A stretch of DNA of 64,000 nucleotides, taken from contig OZ024750.1 in assembly GCA_964016885.1 (NCBI GenBank), positions 14,136,001 to 14,200,000 on the forward strand, in the 5' to 3' direction. Origin of the DNA: Eledone cirrhosa. Lineage: Eukaryota. Of the stretch, positions 53,986 to 64,000 are shown piece by piece. A program made the translations under genes and the position numbers. Each line of letters begins with the position of its first letter. Within the stretch, counting starts at the first letter, position 1. Below the pieces are notes generated by a model. That model was not told the DNA's origin. It saw only the letters and a list, made by a program, of their open reading frames with translations, and did not search any database.

Positions 53986-55604
53986 GATAAACAGATGATA
54001 GGCTGTGTTTTATGTTACTAAGCTGATGATTCACTTCACTGTTGTACTTCACAATAATAAACATGTCAATTATATGAAACAGGAACTTTAAATTTAAATT
54101 TTATATTTAGAATAGCATGTGAATTTCTGTTCATCTGGTTATGTATTCTTTATATAAAAATAGGTCTATGACACATATTCCATTTCTTCAGTAACTGTTT
54201 TACAGGTTCACAATCTTTTATACAAAATTATGAAAACCAAAAAGCTCCGAAAACCAAAAGTTTTTTTCCAGATATATAGAGGAAGAATCAACCCCAATAC
54301 TGGACTGTTACTTCTTTTGTGGACTTCGAAAGGACAAAAAGTGAAATTGACAGAGAATGTGGAGAGCCAAAGTGAATACTGCAAAATCTTCTATCTGACA
54401 TTTTAATGACTCTGTCAATTCGCTGTCTTTCATCTATGTTACAGATTAAATAAAAAGCCAGCCTTATTCTTAATACTTAGGTCAATATTGAAGTCTACCA
54501 TCCAAAGACCAGGCAGTGGTATTAAACTGGGCAATGGATTAATCCTTTAGCATTTACATTACTCTGTATATACTATTATATTTTATTGGTAAAGGCTTTA
54601 CCTTACATAATATCGAATCTATGAGATTTTCAGAACAACACCTTAACATCAGTATGAACGGCCGGTTTGAACAGAAAGAGGTGAGAGAATTCTCACTGGA
54701 TACAGCCGGTTTAACCCCTCAGTATTTGCATTACTCTATATTTACTATTATATTTTCACGGTAAAGGCTTTACCTCACATAATTATCTCGCATAATATCG
54801 AATCTACGAGATTTTGATATTTATTTTGAGAACAATACCTTAACATCAGTATGAGCAGCAGGTTATGGCCAGTTTGAACAGAAGAGCAAAGTAGCAGCAA
54901 CAGTGACCACTCCCTAACCTGATATATATTACTTGGTTAACAGGGAGAATTTCTTCAAGTAGTCCCACTCCTTGTAGATAAAAGGATAAATAGACTAATA
55001 CATAAACTGTGAATGATGTCTGTGATATGTGTCAAAGGTCACATGAATACCATTTATATTCAAGGCATTCCAATACATTCTTGTCTCCTCTATTATCTGT
55101 ACTATTCTAATTATATATATATATATATTCACCACCTAAATTATATATATTTACATATATATATATGGAGGCACATGGCTTAGTGGTTAGAGCATTGGGC
55201 TTGCAATCGAAAGGTTGTGAGTTCAATTCTCAGACCGGGTGATATGTTGTTTCCTTGAGCAAGACACTTTGTTTCACATTGCTCCAGTTTACTCAGCTGT
55301 AGAAATGCAAAGTGGTCGTGGAGGTGCCACGGCAAAAAAGCACCAGCCTCACTGTAAATGAGGTTGGTGTTAGGAAGGGCATCCAGCTGTAGAAATCAAG
55401 CCAGCGTCAGTTCCCGTCCCACCCTTGCAAGCAGGGAAAAGCAGACGTAAAATGATGATGATGATATATATATATATACAGGGTGTTCCAAAAATATGTA
55501 TACACACTTCAACAGCATTCTAATAAATATTGCCTGTATAAGTTATCAAAGTATGTATGCATATTTGGGGGACACCCTGTGCGTATCATCATCATCATAT
55601 GCGT

Positions 55605-56820
55605 ATATATCATCATCATCATCATCATCACCGTTTTACGTCCGTTCTTCCACGCTAGCATGGGTTAGACGGGTTGTCCTGTTGTGGGCAGTGTCTGGTC
55701 GGCTGACCATGCCTTGCTCATACAGGAACTGATCTGGCTTGATTTCTACAGCTGGATGCCCTTCCTAACACCAACCTCATTTACAGTGAGTGCTGGGTGC
55801 TTTTTCGTGGCGCCTACACGTCCACTTTACAGTGTGGGCTGGGTGCTTTTTTGCCGTGGCACCTCCACGACCACCTTGCGGTGGGGGGAGTGGGGGCATA
55901 TTGTTTATATGCTTCAGCATGTACCCATGGGAGGTCGGGTACCCTGTATTACTGCGTGACGCCAGAAGTCACGGTCGTGTGTCATTGACTTTGAGAGGTG
56001 TAGTTGGGTAAGGTCGGCTTTTATCACCTCATCCCAAGTCATCTTGGGTCTCCCCACTCCGCGGTTTCCATCAATTTCTAGTGCTCTGCACCTTTTTATG
56101 CAGCTGTCATCCTTCATACGCATCACATGTCCATACCAGCGTAACCGCCTCTCCTGCACGCAGCATTTGATTCCTCTTATGCTCAGTCTCTCTCTCAATT
56201 TCTTTATGCTTTGTCGTTCACGTATATTACTGTTACACATCCATCGGAGCATGCAGGCTTCGTTTCTCTCTAATCTACGTAAGTCTTCCACCTTCAGCGC
56301 CCAGGTCTCACTACCATGCAACATCGCTGTTCGGATACACGCATCATACAGTCTGCCTTTCATTCTGAGGGAGAAGCCTTTTGCAGCTAGCAGTGGTAGT
56401 AGTTCCCTAAACTTCTTCCATCCCGTTCTTACCCTAGTTATTGTACTTTCTGAGCACCCACCTCCGTTGCTAATTCGGTCACCTAGGTAGCAGAAGCTGT
56501 CTACTGTTTCTACAGGGCCCTCCCAGAGATTGGTGGTACTTGTTTCCTGTGGCTGTTTGCTTGCTGTTTCAGCACAGCTGCTGCATGTGAATCCTACATT
56601 CTTAATTAAGCTTCCTGAGATCCCGCTACATCTCTTGTGTACCCATTGTTTGCATTTGGGGCAGAGAATGGAGTTCCTACCTACACCTTTCCTACATACT
56701 GAGCAAGGCCATTTCCCTGAGGGGATCTGGGTTCTGTTTTCTCGTCTACTTATAAGGACCTTAGTCTTTGTCATGTTGACTTTGAGGCCCTTTCTCTCTA
56801 GTCCCGGCTTCCAGGTTTGG
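55605..56820 (-). mobile_element. 5'-truncated RTE-clade LINE with (GAT)n tail
   Basis: ORF 55914-56820: KTK..VDSFCYLG..RTGWKKF..MLHGSETW..RRLRWYGHVMR..GRPKMTW; tail gacgtaaaacggt(gat)n. Confidence 0.92.
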
Positions 56821-56821
56821 A

Positions 56822-56856
<35 letters not shown>

Positions 56857-57615
56857 TATTTAACCCTTTAGCATTTGAACTGGCCATATCCGACCAGAAT
56901 TCTCTCACCCCTTACTGTTCAAACTGGCTGTAACTAGCCACTCATACTAATGTTAAAGTATTGCTCTCAAAATAAATAATATAAAAATCTCATAGATTCG
57001 ATATTATGTGAGGTAAAGCCTTTACCATGAAAATATAATAGCAAATATTGATATTGGGTTAAATTGCAGAAACTCAGCTGTCAGGGTCCTGAATTATTCA
57101 TATATATGTATATATGTGTGTATATACTTCGTTTTTTTTTTTTATATTTGTTTTGCAACATTTCTTATCAGAAAACGTGTGTCAAAACAACAGATACTTT
57201 TGGAGAGTCATGCTGCCAACAGCACACACAAACCTGTTGGTTTTCAATTAAATTTATTATAAACTTGTTTAGTTTAATAACCAGATGGTTGTTTATTTGT
57301 TGATTGTCAAAGCTCAACACGTTTTCAGAATAGAAATACATGTTTTATTGTCACCATGACCCTCCTAAAATATAGCAATATCAGTTTTAACAAACAGGTT
57401 TTCAGATAAGAAATTTGGCGAAACAAATACAAAAACGAAGTATCTATATATATTCCTTTTGTTGTTATATGGTTTCACTAATATATAGCTGTCTTTGTGA
57501 TCCAGTCATTCCAATCAGCAGATTGTCATGTAATAAGGAAAAGCACTCAACATCGTGTATTTTCCATCATAGATGTGATATCTCATGGATGGTACAAGAA
57601 CGGAGTTAAATACCA

Positions 57616-57727
57616 CATGTGAAGGCTGGATTCCAATAACTTCTTTTATTGTTGTATAGCCACAGAAATACGTATTATGGTGACTTATGCAACAATAAAA
57701 GAAGTTATTGGAGTCCAGCCTTTACAT
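57616..57727. repeat. Hairpin, ~45-bp arms
   Basis: aaggctggattccaataacttcttttattgttg / caacaataaaagaagttattggagtccagcctt. Confidence 0.85.
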
Positions 57728-57787
57728 ATTTTTCATTGAGATATATGTATGTGTGTGTGTGTGTATATATATAGTGAGAGAGAGACA

Positions 57788-58290
57788 CATCATCATCATC
57801 ATCATCACAGTTTAACATTCATTTTCCCATTTTAACATGGGTTAGACGAGTTGTCCCATTGTGAGACAAGTCAGATCAGATGACCATGTCTTGCTCATAC
57901 AGAACTGTTTCTGGCTTGGTTTCTATGGCTGAATGCCCTTCCAAATGCCAACCCCATTTACAATGTGGACTGGGTGCCTTTTATCGAGGCACCAAAATGA
58001 TCACTTTACATTGTGGACTGGCTGTTTTTGGTGATGTCACCAACATGGCCTCTTTACAGTGTGAACAGGGTGCTATTTGTTGTGTCACCAACACAACCAC
58101 TTTATAGTATGGAACGGATACTTTTTGTTGTGTCATCATCACAACCACTTTACAGTGTGGACTGGGAGCTTTTTGTTGTTACCGTCAAAACCACTTTACA
58201 GTGTGGACTGGGTGATTTGTGTTGTCACCATCACAACCACTTTATATTGTAGACTTGGGGCTTTTTTTTTTTGTGGTGGCACCAACATGA
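57788..58290 (-). mobile_element. Diverged RTE 3' tail with tandemly amplified ~45-bp subunit
   Basis: (CAT)n + ttaac..catgggttagacg tail; repeated accactttacagtgtggactggg, which is also duplicated in the RTE 3'UTR. Confidence 0.7.
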
Positions 58291-58584
58291 CCAATGATGG
58301 GCTTCATAGTAAAAGAATATTTGATTTAATAACTCCTTCATTACTACATTCTATATAAAGATGCTCAAATCGTTGGGTTTTCCTGAAAATTCTCCCTTTT
58401 GTCACTCTGGACAACACTTACATATTGGATTTTACATTCATGTAAATCGAACTTTATTCTGTCTATGTATCCGTTTATCTTTGAACTGCTATTAGGACTC
58501 CTTATCTGCTGCTGTTGTTGTCGTTGTAAGGCAGATACATTGGTATATATACATAAATAGCAATAGACAGACAGACAGACAAAC

Positions 58585-61500
58585 CGTGAGGTAGATAGAC
58601 AGATGGGCAGGGAGAGATACAGACAGATAAATAGATATCTTTAGGTAGGAAGATAAGCAGACAGGCAAGTAAAGATACAGACAGGCAGACAGTGAGGTAG
58701 ATAGACAGATGGGCAGGGAGAGATACAGACAGGCAGACAGTGAGGTAGATAGACAGATGGGCAGGGAGAGATACAGACAGGCAGACAGTGAGGTAGATAG
58801 ACAGATGGGCAGGGAGAGATACAGACAGGCAGACAGTGAGGTAGATAGACAGATGGGCAGGGAGAGATACAGACAGGCAGACAGTGAGGTAGATAGACAG
58901 ATGGGCAGGGAGAGATACAGACAGGCAGACAGTGAGGTAGATAGACAGATGGGCAGGGAGAGATACAGACAGGCAGACAGTGAGGTAGATAAACAGATGG
59001 GCAGGGAGAGATACAGACAGGCAGACAGTGAGGTAGATAAACAGATGGGCAGGGAGAGATACAGACAGGCAGACAGTGAGGTAGATAAACAGATGGGCAG
59101 GGAGAGATACAGACAGGCAGACAGTGAGGTAGATAGACAGATGGGCAGGGAGAGATACAGACAGGCAGACAGTGAGGTAGATAGACAGATAGGCAGGGAG
59201 AGATACAGACAGGCAGACAGTGAGGTAGATAGACAGATGGGCAGGGAGAGATACAGACAGGCAGACAGTGAGGTAGATAGACAGATGGGCAGGGAGAGAT
59301 ACAGACAGGCAGACAGTGAGGTAGATAGACAGATGGGCAGGGAGAGATACAGACAGGCAGACTGAGGTAGATAGACAGATGGGCAGGGAGAGATACAGAC
59401 AGTGAGGTAGATAGACAGATGGGCAGGGAGGGATACAGACAGGCAGACAGTGAGGTAGATAGACAGATGGGCAGGGGGAGATACAGACAGGCAGACAGTG
59501 AGGTAGATAGACAGATGGGCAGGGAGAGATACAGACAGGCAGACAGTGAGGTAGATAGACAGATGGGCAGGGAAAGATACAGACAGGCAGACAGTGAGGT
59601 AGATAGACAGATCGGCAGGGAGAGATACAGACAGGCAGACAGTGAGGTAGATAGACAGATGGGCAGGGAGAGATACAGACAGGCAGACAGTGAGGTAGAT
59701 AGACAGATGGGCAGGGAGAGATACAGACAGGCAGACAGTGAGGTAGATAGACAGATGGGCAGGGAGAGATACAGACAGGCAGACAGTGAGGTAGATAGAC
59801 AGATGGGCAGGGGGAGATACAGACAGGCAGACAGTGAGGTAGATAGACAGATGGGCAGGGAGAGATACAGACAGGCAGACAGTGAGGTAGATAGACAGAT
59901 GGGCAGGGAGAGATACAGACAGGCAGACAGTGAGGTAGATAGACAGATGGGCAGGGAGAGATACAGACAGTGAGGTAGATAGACAGATGGGCAGGGGGAG
60001 ATACAGACAGGCAGACAGTGAGGTAGATAGACAGATGGGCAGGGAGAGATACAGACAGGCAGACAGTGAGGTAGATAGACAGATGGGCAGGGAGAGATAC
60101 AGACAGGCAGACAGTGAGGTAGATAGACAGATGGGCAGGGAGAGATACAGACAGGCAGACAGTGAGGTAGATAGACAGATCGGCAGGGAGGGATACAGAC
60201 AGGCAGACAGTGAGGTAGATAGACAGATGGGCAGGGGGAGATACAGACAGGCAGACAGTGAGGTAGATAGACAGATGGGCAGGGAGAGATACAGACAGGC
60301 AGACAGTGAGGTAGATAGACAGATGGGCAGGGAGAGATACAGACAGGCAGACAGTGAGGTAGATAGACAGATGGGCAGGGAGAGATACAGACAGGCAGAC
60401 AGTGAGGTAGATAGACAGATGGGCAGGGAGAGATACAGACAGGCAGACAGTGAGGTAGATAGACAGATGGGCAGGGAGAGATACAGACAGGCAGACAGTG
60501 AGGTAGATAGACAGATGGGCAGGGAGAGATACAGACAGGCAGACAGTGAGGTAGATAGACAGATGGGCAGGGGGAGATACAGACAGGCAGACAGTGAGGT
60601 AGATAGACAGATGGGCAGGGAGAGATACAGACAGGCAGACAGTGAGGTAGATAGACAGATGGGCAGGGAGAGATACAGACAGGCAGACAGTGAGGTAGAT
60701 AGACAGATGGGCAGGGAGAGATACAGACAGTGAGGTAGATAGACAGATGGGCAGGGGGAGATACAGACAGGCAGACAGTGAGGTAGATAGACAGATGGGC
60801 AGGGAGAGATACAGACAGGCAGACAGTGAGGTAGATAGACAGGTGGGCAGGGAGAGATACAGACAGGCAGACAGTGAGGTAGATAGACAGATGGGCAGGG
60901 AGGGATACAGACAGGCAGACAGTGAGGTAGATAGACAGATCGGCAGGGAGAGATACAGACAGTGAGGTAGATAGACAGATGGGCAGGGGGAGATACAGAC
61001 AGGCAGACAGTGAGGTAGATAGACAGATGGGCAGGGAGAGATACAGACAGGCAGACAGTGAGGTAGATAGACAGATGGGCAGGGAGAGATACAGACAGGC
61101 AGACAGTGAGGTAGATAGACAGGTGGGCAGGGAGAGATACAGACAGGCAGACAGTGAGGTAGATAGACAGATGGGCAGGGAGGGATACAGACAGTGAGGT
61201 AGATAGACAGATGGGCAGGGAGAGATACAGACAGGCAGACAGTGAGGTAGATAGATAGATGGGCAGGGAGAGATACAGAGAGGCAGACAGTGAGGTAGAT
61301 AGACAGATGGGCAGGGAGAGATACAGACAGGCAGACAGTGAGGTAGATAGACAGATGGGCAGGGAGAGATACAGACAGGCAGACAGTGAGGTAGATAGAC
61401 AGATGGGCAGGGAGAGATACAGACATACAGACAGGCAGACAGTGAGGTAGATAGACAGATGGGCAGGGAGAGATACAGACAGGCAGACAGTGAGGTAGAT

Positions 61501-62010
61501 AGACAGATGGGCAGGGAGAGATACAGACAGGCAGACAGTGAGGTAGATAGACAGATGGGCAGGGAGAGATACAGACAGGCAGACAGTGAGGTAGATAGAC
61601 AGATGGGCAGGGAGAGATACAGACAGGCAGACAGTGAGGTAGATAGACAGATGGGCAGGGAGAGATACAGACAGGCAGACAGTGAGGTAGATAGACAGAT
61701 GGGCAGGGAGAGATACAGACAGGCAGACAGTGACGTAGATAGACAGATGGGCAGGGAGAGATACAGACAGGCAGACAGTGAGGTAGATAAACAGATGGGC
61801 AGGGAGAGATACAGACAGGCAGACAGTGAGGTAGATAGACAGATGGGCAGGGAGAGATACAGACAGGCAGACTTTGAGGTAGATAGACAGATGGGCAGGG
61901 AGAGATACAGACAGGCAGACAGTGAGGTAGATAGACAGATGGGCAGGGAGAGATACAGACAGGCAGACAGTGAGGTAGATAGACAGATGGGCAGGGAGAG
62001 ATACAGACAG
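58585..62010. repeat. 48-bp minisatellite, about 70 copies
   Basis: Unit agacaggcagacagtgaggtagatagacagatgggcagggagagatac; recurrent 40-bp deletion variant. Confidence 0.97.
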
Positions 62011-62129
62011 ATAAATAGACATGTAGGAAGATAGGCAGGCAGACAGATAAACAAACAGATAGGTAGATAGACAGATGGGTATGTAGACAGGCAGACAGAG
62101 ATGGAGGTAAATAGATAGGCACATAGATA

Positions 62130-62705
62130 TCTTTCTTTATTTGCCACAGGGGCGTACAAAAATGGGACATTACAAGACGTGACGGCGGGGGTTTTACATA
62201 AAAATAACTTTAACATTAATAAATAACAATAAACTATATATAATAAAATAACAATTGAAATCCCCAGTAGAGGGGAACGTTACTGCAGGGTTGTTTTACA
62301 CCCCGTGGATAGAACAACCCTCAACACCAGGAACACGTTTTGTAGGTGTTCCTGTCTTCCCTCTGTTTATCTTCCTCAACCTACAGGTTTATATACAGAG
62401 AAGGCCCATTCACTCGGGCCATTTTCTCCACATTCACCCACCTTTCAGCGAATTTACTGGGGTGTAGCACCTCTCTCTCCACTCTCACCTTCCTTCTGAA
62501 GTGATACTTAAAGAAGGGGATAAGTTGTTGTCCGGAGAGAAAGGTGTTTACCCTCAGTCCTTTTAATCTCGTCCACCATATTACCTCTTTCGCCATAGCC
62601 ACTAGACAGAGGAAAACCGCCTCTCCTTCGTTCTTAAATGAAGGCGGCGGGGTGATCCTCACGATGGACTCGGCTGACAACTGGATGTGTCCCACACGTG
62701 ACAGC
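62130..62705 (-). mobile_element. 5'-truncated Tx1-like copy (subfamily ending ..GPSLYINL*)
   Basis: ORF 62381-62695 is homologous to the ORF2 C-terminus; aggtaaatagatagg at 62105-62119 and 62710-62724 as probable TSD. Confidence 0.9.
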
Positions 62706-63131
62706 AGGTAGGTAAATAGATAGGTAAATAGATAGATAGGCTGTCAGACAGCTAGATATACAGAGAAGTAGGTCGACCGACAGACAGGTAGTTGTCATGT
62801 TTGTTATAAACAAAGCTAGAGAAACACTCATATATACACATTGTTTGGGTTTGTGTTGTCAACACTGTGTGAAAAAGGAAAATGTTATTTCTAATATCCC
62901 TTACCCTCTCTTTTTCTCCACACATGTACATGCATGTGATTGTATCATCATCATCATCATCTTAACATACCTTTTCCCACGCCAGAGGTCTTTACCTGAT
63001 TTTTATAAGCTATTTTATAGCAACTGATTGTAATTGCAGTTATTTTATGTGCCTGAGCTTCCTATACATATATATATGTATATATATATATATATATATG
63101 TGTATAAATATATATATGTGTATAAATATAT

Positions 63132-63164
<33 letters not shown>

Positions 63165-63622
63165 ATGATTCAGCGAGAATCGCATTTTCGGCGGGCAGGA
63201 AAAGCGAAGCGAAACGCAAAAATCAGAAATGATATATATATATATGTAGGAGGTGAGTTTTATTGTAGCACAATAAAGCAATGCAAATATTGGATAAGTA
63301 GCACTCAACAGTTTATAGGACTGGAGTATAAATAATATAAGATCAAAAGATGGTTAAAAGAGTTCCATGTATTTTATTTTGCGCATTTCAAAAACAAATA
63401 TCATCATGGGATGATATTTGCGTTTTCATCAGATAAAATAGGGAGACATGATATGAAGCTTAAAACACTTGCGAGCAGTGAAGTGTTAAATCAACATATG
63501 AAAAATAAAATAAGATGGATATATAAGATTGGGAAAAAAAGAAGGAAGGGGGGAGGAAGAGGAAGAAAGAAAATAATAAGAAAAAAATATATAATAATAA
63601 GGAAAGGATGACAGAGGAGGAG

Positions 63623-64000
63623 TATAAGAAGGAAGGATGAGAGAGGAGAAATGAGTGAGAGAGAGATAACCTTTAATACTGAGAAACACTGTCTCACAGA
63701 GAGAAATTTAAAAAAACCATTGTAAGATAGTACGAGGTTTATGAATGGTGATGTTTATGATTAAAGAAAAGGAAATATATAAACCTTAAATAAATACTAT
63801 TCTTAATTCCTTTTTCTTTAATCATAAACATCACCATTCATAAACCTCATTAACTTTTAATTTCAAAAATTTTTTAAATTATGTACTATCTTACAACGGT
63901 TTTTTTTTTTATTTCTCTCTGTGAGACAGTGTTTCTCAGTATTAAAGGTTATCTCTCTCTCTCACTCATTTCTCCTCCTCTCTCATCCTTCCTTCTTATA
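63623..64000. repeat. Large inverted repeat running off the window edge
   Basis: 63623-63774 pairs with 63807-64000; the right arm has an extra ~35 bp. Confidence 0.88.

Noticed and set aside
58492-62216. ORFs of about 1200 aa
   Set aside because: Translations of the 48-bp minisatellite, open in all three minus-strand frames

Overview
This is eukaryotic, repeat-dense DNA. The tRNA-derived SINE families and microsatellite load suggest an octopus/coleoid cephalopod (inference). One host gene can be rebuilt by hand: a 7-exon minus-strand gene (37229->18601, 458 aa) encoding a secreted protein with two 6-Cys chitin-binding (CBM14/peritrophin-A-like) domains and an S1A serine protease. It has an atypical Tyr|IVGG activation site and a Gly189/Asp226 S1 pocket. 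Just 3' of its stop codon is a head-to-tail stack of L1/Tx1-clade retrotransposons, including an intact 5.8-kb two-ORF copy. All six copies of this group in the window sit in (TATC)n/(GATA)n microsatellites in the same orientation, which suggests microsatellite-specific targeting. Introns and intergenic DNA hold many (TA)n-flanked short modules with fold-back inverted repeats and type I hammerhead ribozyme motifs (Penelope-like/retrozyme-like). Also present are an RTE LINE with a PHD-like finger and partner SINEs, CRE-like remnants, piggyBac/Tc1-type MITEs, a TIR element carrying (CCCTAA)n, and several minisatellites. Most long ORFs in the supplied track are simple-repeat artefacts. All coordinates were read by eye.
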